This document shows, piece by piece, positions 20,460-29,475 of a DNA stretch of 32,000 nt (position 1 is its first letter; each line of letters begins with the position of its first letter). The notes below the pieces were generated by a model, which searched no databases, had not been told where the DNA came from, and saw nothing but the letters and a program-made list of their open reading frames with translations. The stretch covers positions 690,001 through 722,000 of the forward strand of contig CP013062.1 in assembly GCA_001430755.1 (NCBI GenBank), given 5' to 3'. This DNA is from Candidatus Peribacter riflensis. GTDB taxonomy: Bacteria > Patescibacteriota > Gracilibacteria > Peribacterales > Peribacteraceae. The position numbers and the translations under genes were made by a program.

Positions 20460-22504
20460 GCTCCCTCGTCATCGGCAACGGTCAGATCCTCGCCGGCTTT
20501 GACGATCGCATGCAGATGCGCGACCTCTACTTCCCCCATGTGGGAATGGAGGATCACACGGGCTACGGCAACGTGCACCGCACGGGAGTCTTCGTCGAAG
20601 GACGCGGGTTCGCCTGGTTCTCGGACCCCTCGTGGTCGGTGGAGCCGAAGTACCGGCCCGATTCCCTCGTGGGCGAATCGAGACTGCGCAATGACCGATT
20701 GGGCATCGAGCTCATCGCGGAAGATTACGTCCATCCGTTCTACAACATCCTCATCCGTAACTTCCGCATCCGCAGTACGGACGGCCAGGAGAAGAAGATC
20801 CGCGTCTACTTCCACCACAACCTCTTCATCTACGGTGACAAACAGAAAGACACGGGCTTCTACGAACCATACACCAACACCATCATTCACTACCGCCAGA
20901 AGCGGTACTTCCTCATCGGCGGAGAAACGAGCAATCCGGATGCCGCCGTCACCGGGCGCGTGAACATGGGAGAATACCAATCCGTGCTCCACAGCCGCGA
21001 ACGGCTGGGGACCTGCGGCATCGGCAGCTACAGCATCGGCAAAGCCAACTACCAGGGCTACGAAGGAACGTGGAAGGATGCCGAAGACGGAGCACTCAGC
21101 AACACCACCATCGACCAGGGATCGGTAGACTCCACCATCGGGATTCATGCCGTGCTGCGGCCGGACAGAGAAACCACCGTGACGCTCTGGCTCTGCATGG
21201 GCAAGGATCTTGAGGAGGTGGTGAACCTGCACCAGATTGTGATCAATGAAGGGCAGGAACGCCTGCAGGGCAACTGCCACAACTACTGGAAAAGCCTGGT
21301 CCTCATGGCGGATCAGAAATTCGGCACGCTCAGTGACTCGCTCGTCAGTCTCTACCGCCGCAGCCTGCTCCTCATTCGCCTGCATGCCGATAATCGCGGC
21401 GGCATCGTGGCCGCAGCCGATGCAGACATCATGGCGTTCAACCGCGACACCTACACCTACGTGTGGCCGCGGGACGGCGCCTTCATCTCGCTGGCCTTAG
21501 ACCAGGCGCAACTGCACGAAGTCACGCGACGCTTCTTCGAATTCTGCGCGCGTGTGCAGACGCCCGACGGCTACCTCCTCCACAAGTACAATCCCGATGG
21601 ATCACTGGGATCCTCGTGGCACCCCTGGTACCGCAACGGCGAGGCACAGATGCCCATTCAGGAGGACGAGACAGCCCTCGTGATCTACGCACTCTGGAAA
21701 CATTTCGAGCGCGTGCAGGATTTCGAATTCCTGCAGGAGATGTACGAGAAGTTCGTCAAGAAAGCGGGTCAGTTCCTCACGGAATTCCGCGAAGAGGCAA
21801 CGGGGCTCCCCTTCCCCAGTTATGACCCGTGGGAGGAGCATCGTGGCGTCTTCACCTACACGGTCGCGACTGTGGTTGCCGGCCTGCACGCGGCAGCGCA
21901 GATCTGCCAGATTCTGGGGCACCACACACACTCCGAGCGCTTCCACACCGCTGCAGACGAGACGAAGCAGGCACTGCTCTTCCACCTCTACGACGAAAAT
22001 GAAAAACGGTTCGTGAAGATGATCCGCCGCCAGGATGGCCGCACCGTTGAGAAGGACCTCACGATCGATGCGAGCGTCACCGCCGTCTGGAAACTCAATG
22101 TGCTCCCCGCCAGCGATCCGCGCGTCATCTCCACCATGCAGCAGATGCAGCGGGCCCTCACGGTGCACACGCCCATCGGCGGCCTCGCGCGGTTCACGCA
22201 TGATGTGTACCACGCCAAAACCCCCCTCACGAACGAGATTCCCGGCAACCCCTGGATCATCACCACCCTGTGGAATGCGCAGTGGCTGATCGCGCAGGCG
22301 AAAACACCGGCCGATCTCGAGCCGGCGCGTGCGATTCTCGAATGGACCGCACAACGCGCATCGAAAACCGGCATCCTCGCCGAACAGGTGCATCCCCTCA
22401 CGGGGGAGCCGCTCTCCGTCGCCCCTCTGGCATGGAGCCACGCCACCTTCGTCGAGACCATTCTGCAGTTCGTCGACAAGGAACGCACGCTCACGCAATC
22501 CTGA
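20453..22504 (+). CDS. glycoside hydrolase family 15 (glucoamylase/glucodextranase-like)
   Basis: 683 aa. YTYVWPRDGAFISLAL, PIQEDETALVIYALW and an (alpha/alpha)6-type C-terminal region ending WSHATFVE. Confidence 0.85.
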   Translation: MPRSLVIGNGQILAGFDDRMQMRDLYFPHVGMEDHTGYGNVHRTGVFVEGRGFAWFSDPSWSVEPKYRPDSLVGESRLRNDRLGIELIAEDYVHPFYNILIRNFRIRSTDGQEKKIRVYFHHNLFIYGDKQKDTGFYEPYTNTIIHYRQKRYFLIGGETSNPDAAVTGRVNMGEYQSVLHSRERLGTCGIGSYSIGKANYQGYEGTWKDAEDGALSNTTIDQGSVDSTIGIHAVLRPDRETTVTLWLCMGKDLEEVVNLHQIVINEGQERLQGNCHNYWKSLVLMADQKFGTLSDSLVSLYRRSLLLIRLHADNRGGIVAAADADIMAFNRDTYTYVWPRDGAFISLALDQAQLHEVTRRFFEFCARVQTPDGYLLHKYNPDGSLGSSWHPWYRNGEAQMPIQEDETALVIYALWKHFERVQDFEFLQEMYEKFVKKAGQFLTEFREEATGLPFPSYDPWEEHRGVFTYTVATVVAGLHAAAQICQILGHHTHSERFHTAADETKQALLFHLYDENEKRFVKMIRRQDGRTVEKDLTIDASVTAVWKLNVLPASDPRVISTMQQMQRALTVHTPIGGLARFTHDVYHAKTPLTNEIPGNPWIITTLWNAQWLIAQAKTPADLEPARAILEWTAQRASKTGILAEQVHPLTGEPLSVAPLAWSHATFVETILQFVDKERTLTQS

Positions 22505-22526
22505 TGCCTCATGGTATGCTCCCCCT

Positions 22527-23366
22527 ATGCGTCCTCTCCTGTTCGCGGCCACAGCGCTCACGCTCCTCTGCATGTCGCCTCTCGCCTACGCGGAGCCCGG
22601 TGCATCATCGGTGAGCTCTGCATCCTCGGGCAGTGGCGGCGACATCTGGGCAGTGCGCTCGGCGCGGGCCGCCTCGTTCGGGCCACGGTGGACCTCCTTT
22701 GCCCCGCTCTACGCAAGCTGGATGACCAAGTGGCAGAAAGCGCACAGCAAACTCACGGCACACATCGCACGCTGCCACGACTCCGTACGCAGCGCCAATC
22801 GCGATACTCTGCTCACGGTGACGCTCCAGTGTGAGCGTACCCAGCTCCTCACAGAGAAAGATGCCCTCACGATCGAACGGGAGATCATCGCACAGTGGCC
22901 CAATCTCTCTGAAGACAGAGCGGCAGACATGCTCGCGAAGATCGACGCACTCTCGAGCGCCATGCAAACGGTGGTCGACGGCATCGACGCCCACGTCTTC
23001 CCCACGCTCGCCGCCCTGCGGGACGTGCGCCGGAATCTACTGACACAGTACCGGCAGCCGTACTGGCTGGCAGGAGCGCACCTCCGCGTAGATATCAGCC
23101 GCACGTGGGTGGCACACTTGCTCCTCACACTGCAGGCAGCACTCGACGAGGGAACACCCACCTCCGAAGGGGCCCAAGCCCTCGGTGAAGCGGTCTCCTG
23201 CTATACCACCACCGAGCGTATGCTTGAAAACGGAGCGGGCGAAACGACCGTTGACCGCGTGTCCGCCGCCGTCTCCGAGGCTCGTGCACTCTTCACACAC
23301 TGTCGTGCGTTCCTGGATGAAGCACAGCGTCTCTCGGCATCATCATCTTCAGCCTCTTCCCAATAA
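22527..23366 (+). CDS. secreted hypothetical protein (signal peptide, predicted helical, Ser-rich C-terminus)
   Basis: MRPLLFAATALTLLCMSPLAYAEP is signal-like. I prefer the start at 22527; the ORF-track 5' extension overlaps the end of GH15. Confidence 0.6.
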   Translation: MRPLLFAATALTLLCMSPLAYAEPGASSVSSASSGSGGDIWAVRSARAASFGPRWTSFAPLYASWMTKWQKAHSKLTAHIARCHDSVRSANRDTLLTVTLQCERTQLLTEKDALTIEREIIAQWPNLSEDRAADMLAKIDALSSAMQTVVDGIDAHVFPTLAALRDVRRNLLTQYRQPYWLAGAHLRVDISRTWVAHLLLTLQAALDEGTPTSEGAQALGEAVSCYTTTERMLENGAGETTVDRVSAAVSEARALFTHCRAFLDEAQRLSASSSSASSQ

Positions 23367-23372
23367 TCCCCC

Positions 23373-23522
23373 ATGTTCCCGGACGATAAAGACAACAACG
23401 GCAAGCCGACTCCTCCTCCCCCGCCTCCCGAGCAGCCGCTCCAGGAGCAGGATGACAGCAATCTCGGTGATGACTTCACCAAAGCAGGCGAAGGTCAGGA
23501 TCTGACGAACGCCGATCAATGA
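23373..23522 (+). CDS. 49-aa acidic, proline-rich small protein (candidate)
   Basis: Peptide MFPDDKDNNGKPTPPPPPPEQPLQEQDDSNLGDDFTKAGEGQDLTNADQ. Mostly G/C third codon positions. It starts 6 nt after the upstream stop and overlaps the IMPase start by ATGA. Below the ORF-track cutoff. Confidence 0.4.
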   Translation: MFPDDKDNNGKPTPPPPPPEQPLQEQDDSNLGDDFTKAGEGQDLTNADQ

Positions 23523-24319
23523 CCGCTCCTGTGGATCCCGCTCGGGCACTCGATACCGCACGAAAAGCGGCCCAAGCTGGTGCGAAGATCGCGATGAACA
23601 AGCGGGCATCTCTGGAACGTCTCGTGATCGAAGCGAAGGAGGTCACCGATTACGTCACGGACGTGGACCGCGCCGCGCAAGCCGCCATCATCGCCATGAT
23701 CCGGAATGCCTACCCCGATCACCGTATTCTGGCAGAAGAAGACGGAGCAGAAGGACTGGGCGATCCTTCCTCCCCGTTCCGCTGGATCATCGACCCGCTC
23801 GACGGCACCAAACCCTACGTGCATGGAAAGGACGAGTTCGCCTGCATCATCGCGCTTGAGGAGAACGGACAGACCATTCTCGGCGTCATGGAACTGCCTG
23901 CAAAGAACGAAAGCTACTGGGGAACGCGCGGAGGCGGTGCGTTTTTGAACGACAAAGCGATCACAGGCCTGCGCGCGACAAAGGATCTCGATGACGCGAT
24001 CCTCTGCACGAATATGGGAGGTAAATCGCGCGGAACGGACAAGATCATGACCTTCACACATCCCCGTTGTGCCTCGCTGCAGAATTACGGCTGCGCCGCC
24101 GTGGAAATGGCCGAGATCCTCAAAGGGAAGAATGACGGCATTTTCTTCGATGGTGTGCACCTGTGGGACGTGGCTCCGGCCTGCCTGCTGATCGAAGAGG
24201 CAGGGGGCCGCTCCCGTACCGAACTCAAAGACGTGAACAATCCGAGAGGCGGCGTGCGTTGCATCGCCTCGACGCAATCGATCTTTGAAGAGCTGTGCCG
24301 GTTCGTGTTCAAGAACTAA
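23519..24319 (+). CDS. inositol monophosphatase family protein (SuhB/CysQ-like)
   Basis: ILAEEDG, RWIIDPLDGT and LWDVAPACLLIEEAGG motifs. Confidence 0.85.
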   Translation: MTAPVDPARALDTARKAAQAGAKIAMNKRASLERLVIEAKEVTDYVTDVDRAAQAAIIAMIRNAYPDHRILAEEDGAEGLGDPSSPFRWIIDPLDGTKPYVHGKDEFACIIALEENGQTILGVMELPAKNESYWGTRGGGAFLNDKAITGLRATKDLDDAILCTNMGGKSRGTDKIMTFTHPRCASLQNYGCAAVEMAEILKGKNDGIFFDGVHLWDVAPACLLIEEAGGRSRTELKDVNNPRGGVRCIASTQSIFEELCRFVFKN

Positions 24320-24385
24320 CAACAAAAAAAACACACAATCGTCCTAAGTCCCAATCCCTAATCCCCAATCCCCAAATCCCACCCC
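24320..24385 (+). repeat. second copy of the AC-rich + CGTCCTAAGTCC + (TCCCYAA)n repeat
   Basis: CAACAAAAAAAACACACAAT, then CGTCCTAAGTCC CAATCCCTAATCCCCAATCCCCAAATCCCACCCC. There are six C3-4 runs spaced by 4 nt or less. The last Maf codons (GWDLGIGD) are read from the opposite strand of this repeat. Confidence 0.6.
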
Positions 24386-24948
24386 GCCTTCTTCAATAAT
24401 TCTCCCAGCAGAAACACTGGTAACCCGACAACCGAAGACCAGTCCCCTTCGATCCGCTCGATCATCATCTGCCCTAAGCCATCGATCTGAAAGGAACCGG
24501 AACGCCCTTCCCAAAGTTTCGTCGAGATCCACCAATCCACTTCTTGCGGCGAGAGCCGCTTGAACGTCACCGAAGATGTAGACATGCCCTCTTGCGCTTC
24601 GCCTTTCGGATCGAGCACACACAGCCCCGAATGAACGAGAGATATCTTTCCGCTCTGTAACCGAATCATGGAACGTGCCTCATCCGCGCTTCTCGGCTTT
24701 TCGAGAAGCGTGCCGTCAGAAGCCATCACAAGCGTGTCGCAGCCAATGATCCATGCATGGGGATGCACGCTGTGTGCGCGCTCTGCTTTCAGGTGCGCGA
24801 AAAACTGCGCCCGCTCAACGGGATCGCGATGCGTCACGTCACTCTCGTCCTCCACGCCCGTCACGTACACTTCAAAAGGAACGCCGAGCCCCTCGAGCAG
24901 CTGACGCCTCTGCGGACTGGCCGATGCGAGAACAAGCTTGTGTTGCAC
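24358..24948 (-). CDS. maf: Maf-like nucleoside triphosphate pyrophosphatase
   Basis: N-terminal LVLASASPQRRQLLEGLGVPFEV, GCDTLV, and the C-terminal GDWSSVVGLP typical of Maf. Confidence 0.85.
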   Translation of the reverse strand: MQHKLVLASASPQRRQLLEGLGVPFEVYVTGVEDESDVTHRDPVERAQFFAHLKAERAHSVHPHAWIIGCDTLVMASDGTLLEKPRSADEARSMIRLQSGKISLVHSGLCVLDPKGEAQEGMSTSSVTFKRLSPQEVDWWISTKLWEGRSGSFQIDGLGQMMIERIEGDWSSVVGLPVFLLGELLKKAGWDLGIGD

Positions 24949-25027
24949 AGAAACATGGTAGCGGAAAGAAATACGGGAAATGAAATAAACCCGCCGCGAA
25001 GTTGTGGGTGTCTCCGACGGTCCCCAA

Positions 25028-25696
25028 TTACCGCTCGACCGGAACCGTCATTTCGATGCGATCCTTAAGCGTCGAAGGCAACGAGGAACGCTGCAATGTA
25101 CGGATCTGCTGCAGATCATTGGTGAGTCCTGTGGGAGCAGCATCCTGCAGTTCCCGCACGAGCGAGGTGCAGAGCACGTACATCGCCGTCGGGAGCTTTT
25201 TGGAGCAATACTGCACGCGAATGGCGCGCCGCATGGCCAGCCGATCGCTGGGGGCCAGATCCTTGATGGTGAGACCGCCCGCAGCCGCATGGGCCGAGGC
25301 AGAGGAGGAAGATCTCACTTCCTTCCCAATGGCAGGAATCGGCTGCTTCATCTCGATGGCACGCTGCACGGCCGCAATCCGGACCATGTCGTTGAGCGTA
25401 GGACAACCCGTGTTCTGGAAGTACTGGTCCTGCCGGTCGATGCACTCCTGCTGCACGATGGCATAGGCCTCGCAGGCGGCATCTAGCTTCTCTCCCACCC
25501 GCCCGCAGCGGGCATTGAGCCGTGTGAGAGCGCGACGGGTCGCGCGCGACTCCGCCTGGTTACCCAGTGCTTCATCCTGCAGCGTCTGGCTGTAGTGGCC
25601 ACCCTGCTCTTTGAGCAGTGCAGTGGAGAGCGGAATGGCAATGACAACGGTGAGGAGACCGGTCATCGCGTATACGGAGAGTCTGCTGCGCTTCAT
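25028..25696 (-). CDS. secreted or membrane-anchored hypothetical protein, Cys-containing
   Basis: N-terminal signal/anchor MKRSRLSVYAMTGLLTVVIAIPLSTALL. No recognisable motif. Confidence 0.55.
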   Translation of the reverse strand: MKRSRLSVYAMTGLLTVVIAIPLSTALLKEQGGHYSQTLQDEALGNQAESRATRRALTRLNARCGRVGEKLDAACEAYAIVQQECIDRQDQYFQNTGCPTLNDMVRIAAVQRAIEMKQPIPAIGKEVRSSSSASAHAAAGGLTIKDLAPSDRLAMRRAIRVQYCSKKLPTAMYVLCTSLVRELQDAAPTGLTNDLQQIRTLQRSSLPSTLKDRIEMTVPVER

Positions 25697-25722
25697 AGGA
25701 GTGTGTGTGAAGAGATCTACTT

Positions 25723-25731
25723 ATTATAGCA
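25723..25731 (-). promoter_or_regulatory. extended -10 promoter element (TGCTATAAT on the - strand)
   Basis: ATTATAGCA on the + strand is TGCTATAAT on the - strand. It lies about 27 nt upstream of the ATG at 25696 and sits in the loop of a GTGAAGA/TCTTCAC hairpin just downstream of trpS. Confidence 0.45.
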
Positions 25732-25742
25732 AATCTTCACTT

Positions 25743-26699
25743 TTAGAGCAATCCAACGGCCTTTCGCACGCGTTGCATGGTTTCTGCGGCAATCACACGG
25801 GCGCGGGCATTCCCCTGTTCCAGCACTGCAGCAATTTCGCGGGGCTTGAGGGCGGCGCGGCGGGTGCGCAGCGGACCAAAGACATCCATGAATGCCTGCA
25901 AGAGACGCTTCTTGCCATCTGCATAACTCAAGCCGGCACGGTACTCCCCTGCCAACGCCTCGGCTTCTTTCTTCCCAAGGAAGAGACGGTGAATCTGGAA
26001 GATCGGACACGTGTCGGGATCTTTGGGATCAGTCATGCCCTTCGAATCGGTCTGAATGCCCATGATCGCTTTCTTCACCTGGCTCTCTTCGGCGAAGAGC
26101 GGAATGGTGTTGCCGTAGCTCTTGCTCATCTTGCGTCCGTCCGTGCCGGGCACGGTGGCCACCTCGGCGCGGATGTGCGGCTCCGGCAGAGTGAAGACCT
26201 CGTCGAATGTGCGGTTGAATTTGGTCGCGATATCCCGCGCGATCTCGACATGCTGCTTCTGATCACGGCCCACGGGCACCACATTCGTCTGGTAGAGCAG
26301 AATATCCGCCGCCATGAGCACGGGGTACGTGAAGAGCCCTGCGGAAGCCGCGATGCCCTGACTCACCTTGTCTTTGTAGCTCACGGCCCGCTCCAGAAGC
26401 CCCATCGGCGTCACGGTGGAGAGAATCCACAGGAGTTCCGTGTGCTCCGGAATCTTCGACTGCTCGAAGATCACCGCTTTCTCGGGATCGAATCCGCAGG
26501 CAAGGTAGTCAAGCACGATATCTTCGCGCGCCTGCTTGAGTTTTTCGGCGTCCTGCATCGTCGTGAGCGCGTGCAGGTCGGCGATGAAGAAAAAACTCTC
26601 ATCTGATTTCTGCGCCCACTCCAGATTCGGCTTGATGGATCCGAAGTAGTTACCGAGATGGAGCTGACCGGAAGGTTGGATGCCCGAAAGAACTCTCAT
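25743..26699 (-). CDS. trpS: tryptophan--tRNA ligase
   Basis: GIQPSGQLHLGNYFG (HIGH-type motif) and GRKMSKSYGN (KMSKS). I prefer the start at MRVLSG (26699); the ORF-track extension to 26783 reads through the repeat. Confidence 0.85.
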   Translation of the reverse strand: MRVLSGIQPSGQLHLGNYFGSIKPNLEWAQKSDESFFFIADLHALTTMQDAEKLKQAREDIVLDYLACGFDPEKAVIFEQSKIPEHTELLWILSTVTPMGLLERAVSYKDKVSQGIAASAGLFTYPVLMAADILLYQTNVVPVGRDQKQHVEIARDIATKFNRTFDEVFTLPEPHIRAEVATVPGTDGRKMSKSYGNTIPLFAEESQVKKAIMGIQTDSKGMTDPKDPDTCPIFQIHRLFLGKKEAEALAGEYRAGLSYADGKKRLLQAFMDVFGPLRTRRAALKPREIAAVLEQGNARARVIAAETMQRVRKAVGLL

Positions 26700-26716
26700 G
26701 GAAGAAGTGTAGCAGA

Positions 26717-26826
26717 GAAGGACAGGAAAAGACGAAGGACGAAGGACTAAGGACAAAAAGGAATATGAAGTGATCGGCAGCACAAAAAAGAACCCTTCGT
26801 CCTTAGTCCTTTTCCTTTAGTCCTCA
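26717..26826. repeat. short-word inverted repeat (GAAGGAC / GTCCTTAG words) between rluA and trpS
   Basis: GAAGGAC occurs three times in the left arm. AAGGACTAAGGAC (26742-26754) is perfectly complementary to GTCCTTAGTCCTT (26799-26811), with a 44-nt loop. An alternative register pairs AAGGACGAAGG with CCTTCGTCCTT. Confidence 0.65.
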
Positions 26827-26838
26827 CACTCAGTTCTC

Positions 26839-27489
26839 TTACAGATTTCTCAACCGCTTTAACACCCCTTCAAATACCCTTGGCACAGGGGCTTCGATCG
26901 TCATCTGCTGCCCCGTCACCGGATGCGGGAACGAGAGAGATGCAGCGTGCAGAAAGAACCGCCGCAGGTGAAACTCCCGCGTGAAGACCCGGTTGGCCGC
27001 TTTGGTGCCATACTCCTCGTCCAAGAGGAGCGGATAGCCGATACTCGCGAAGTGGCGCCGGATCTGGTGGTGGCGGCCCGTTTCGATTTCCGCTTCCACG
27101 AAACTGGAACGTGCAAAGACATCGAGAACCCGATACGTCGTCACCGCGGGAACGTTCCCCTCCCCGCGCGCAGGAAGCGGAGTGCGGATGACACCCGTCT
27201 GCCGCGGCAGGCGTCCGGCGACGAGCGTGCGGTAGGTCTTGCGCCAGCCGCGGAATTTGGATTGGATCACTGCTTCGGCCACCCGCTTCGTCCGCGCGAA
27301 GAGGACAACACCCGATGTTTCAAAATCGAGGCGGTGCAGAGCCCTGAGACCGGGGTAATCCTTCCGCAAAAAATCGAGGAGCGACAGCGTATCTGATGTG
27401 CCGGAGCCAGCTACGACCAGTTCCCCGGAAAGCTTATTCACGGCGAGCAGGGAATCGTCACTGAAAAGGATGCGTCGACGGTCGATCAT
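26839..27489 (-). CDS. RluA-family pseudouridine synthase
   Basis: Catalytic motif HRLDFETSGVVLFA, and HQIRRH. Confidence 0.85.
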   Translation of the reverse strand: MIDRRRILFSDDSLLAVNKLSGELVVAGSGTSDTLSLLDFLRKDYPGLRALHRLDFETSGVVLFARTKRVAEAVIQSKFRGWRKTYRTLVAGRLPRQTGVIRTPLPARGEGNVPAVTTYRVLDVFARSSFVEAEIETGRHHQIRRHFASIGYPLLLDEEYGTKAANRVFTREFHLRRFFLHAASLSFPHPVTGQQMTIEAPVPRVFEGVLKRLRNL

Positions 27490-27506
27490 GATGGGTAGCC
27501 TAGCAC

Positions 27507-27755
27507 TTAATGCGCCGCGAGTTCCGCTGCGAGGTCGGGAGCAGTTGTTTCCGGTTCACCATCTTTCACGTCACCATCAATGTAGCTCTCTAATCCGAGC
27601 CTCTTCAATTTCTCACGATTCTCTTCGCTGATAAAACCGCAGTGAATCTTCACCTCATAGGCGAATCTTCCCACTTCGTGAGACTGAGGAGCACCGGCTC
27701 CGCCATTTTCCAGACGAGCAAGGCGGCCTGTAAGTTCTTCCTGGAGTGACGGCAT
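27507..27755 (-). CDS. hypothetical protein
   Basis: An 82-aa reading from the ATG at 27755 (MPSLQEELTGRLARLENG...). The ORF-track start at 27815 is a TTG inside an AT-rich promoter-like stretch. Confidence 0.45.
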   Translation of the reverse strand: MPSLQEELTGRLARLENGGAGAPQSHEVGRFAYEVKIHCGFISEENREKLKRLGLESYIDGDVKDGEPETTAPDLAAELAAH

Positions 27756-27846
27756 GGACAAAGCTGGGAAAATGAATATAAAAACACAATACGAGATATT
27801 ATGCATTTTCGTCAATTATTCTCCCTCCTTTCTTGCGCGTCCCCCC

Positions 27847-29391
27847 TCAGGCTTGCACACAGTGATCCGGCCGCTGCACCTCCGGGAGCATCTTCATGAA
27901 GGTGCCGTACTCGTTACTGGCATTCCAGATGGTGAATCCGCAGGAGCCGGAATCGAACACGGCATCGATCTGGTCCCTCAGGTTCTTCTGCGTGATGCCG
28001 TAGCCCTGAATCCACGGACGGAGCTTGTAGGCCTGATCGCCCAGAAGCTCGCGGTACCCCGTGAGCGTGCGGTACACCAGGTAGTACATGCGACTGCGCG
28101 GATGCTTGGCGGGATTGTAGTAAGAACCAGCAGCGAACGTGGCCGGATACGCCATGGGAGAAATCACGTCGACCAGTGGGGCGAAGCGCGCGATATCCTG
28201 ACCCAGAGGCTCGAAGTTCACCGGAAAGTTCCAGCCGAGAATCGCGTAGGTCGAAATGCCGAGCTTCGTGTGGCCGCCGGATTCGTCGATCACGCGGCGT
28301 GCCATCAGGAGGAATGCTTCGATACGATCTGCCTTCTCGCTCCCTTTGAGTCCGACGGAGGTCTGCGCGTACTCCGTGGGATAGCGGATGTAATCCAGAT
28401 TGATCTCGTCGATGCCGGCGGCAACGACGTCACGCAGAATCTGCTCATTGTGCATGAGCACCTGCTCGTTACTCGGATCCACCCACACATTCCCCACGCT
28501 GCGCCCGGTCTTGGGGTTGTGCATCTGCGTGTCGGGGAGCGACTGTGCGAGATTGGGATCTTTGAGCGCCACGAAGCGGGCGATCGTCGTGACTCCGCGC
28601 TCGTGCGCCAGACGGATCACCTCGGGCAGATCGTAGGACGGAACCACGAGATCCAACTCATTGGCCATGGGGGCTGCTGCATGAAAGTGCACGGTTCCCG
28701 CTTTCACATTGAAGATGAGGGCGGATCCGGTGAGTGCACTCAGCCGATCGAGCGTCTGAAGGAAATATTTTTCATTCTTCACGCTGCTCTGTGTGAAGAA
28801 CACGCCAATTTCCTGCGGGGGGAGAGGCGGCAGAGAAGGAATGGGAGCTGCGGGCTCCTGCGGCGGAACGATGTCTTCGACTGCAGGAGGAATTTCCTCT
28901 TCGGGCGCAGGCGGTGGAGGGAGCTCCAGTGGTTCTTCAGTGGGAGGGGGCGGGACCGCTTCAAAGGGAATGACTTCCGGAGCGGGAAGCAGCGGTGCCT
29001 CCTCCGGCACACTCTCGTCAGAAGAGGAAGATGCGGAGGAAGGGATTTCTGCAGGGATGGGTTCGGGCGGAGCCTCCTGCTCTGGGGCACTGTGCAAACG
29101 AATCTCCCGCTGCTCCACTGTAGATTCGATGTGCCGCGGTCTGAACGGCGTGCGATCGAAATTCTCAGGAATCTGGCGTGCGAAAACCGGCAGGGCGACA
29201 TCGTGCTGGAAGAGCGCCACCGATGCTCCGAGTCCGAACATCAGAAACCCCATGAGCCCGAAGAGGGCGAGGGTGCCGGGACCACCCGGAAACCGGCCCG
29301 GAGAGGGCGAAAGAGCATGCTCAGCCGCATCATGTGTGGAGTTCTGCAGCTCCGAGAGACAGGCGGCATGTGATGTGCTTTCGTCAGGCAT
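27847..29391 (-). CDS. membrane-anchored putative glycoside hydrolase (DUF4015 / GH-like TIM-barrel family) with a long Pro/Glu-rich linker
   Basis: TM segment LALFGLMGFLMFGLGASVALF, then a PE-rich linker. The catalytic-domain pattern is LIFNVKAG...TTIARFVALKD...NVWVDPSNEQV...AAGIDEINLDYIRYPTEY. Confidence 0.65.
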   Translation of the reverse strand: MPDESTSHAACLSELQNSTHDAAEHALSPSPGRFPGGPGTLALFGLMGFLMFGLGASVALFQHDVALPVFARQIPENFDRTPFRPRHIESTVEQREIRLHSAPEQEAPPEPIPAEIPSSASSSSDESVPEEAPLLPAPEVIPFEAVPPPPTEEPLELPPPPAPEEEIPPAVEDIVPPQEPAAPIPSLPPLPPQEIGVFFTQSSVKNEKYFLQTLDRLSALTGSALIFNVKAGTVHFHAAAPMANELDLVVPSYDLPEVIRLAHERGVTTIARFVALKDPNLAQSLPDTQMHNPKTGRSVGNVWVDPSNEQVLMHNEQILRDVVAAGIDEINLDYIRYPTEYAQTSVGLKGSEKADRIEAFLLMARRVIDESGGHTKLGISTYAILGWNFPVNFEPLGQDIARFAPLVDVISPMAYPATFAAGSYYNPAKHPRSRMYYLVYRTLTGYRELLGDQAYKLRPWIQGYGITQKNLRDQIDAVFDSGSCGFTIWNASNEYGTFMKMLPEVQRPDHCVQA

Positions 29392-29417
29392 GGGGTTGGA
29401 TGTGTGGTGTTATGCAT

Positions 29418-29445
29418 ATTATACTATTTTTTCACAAAAAATCAA
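29418..29445 (-). promoter_or_regulatory. sigma70-like promoter (TTGATT - 16 nt - TATAAT) for the DUF4015 gene
   Basis: On the - strand: TTGATT (29445-29440), a 16-nt spacer, then TATAAT (29423-29418). It lies about 27 nt upstream of the ATG at 29391. Confidence 0.5.
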
Positions 29446-29475
29446 TGTCTCGTTTCAAGAAAACGTACCGTGCGT

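Noticed and set aside
22329-22526. 66-codon N-terminal extension of the secreted hypothetical protein
   Set aside because: It overlaps the GH15 3' end in another frame. The ATG at 22527 begins a canonical signal peptide.
26700-26838. T-box riboswitch upstream of trpS
   Set aside because: The spacer is only about 140 nt. I find no T-box consensus (AGGGTGGNACCGCG-like) and no specifier/terminator architecture. The sequence is explained by the word-repeat hairpin.
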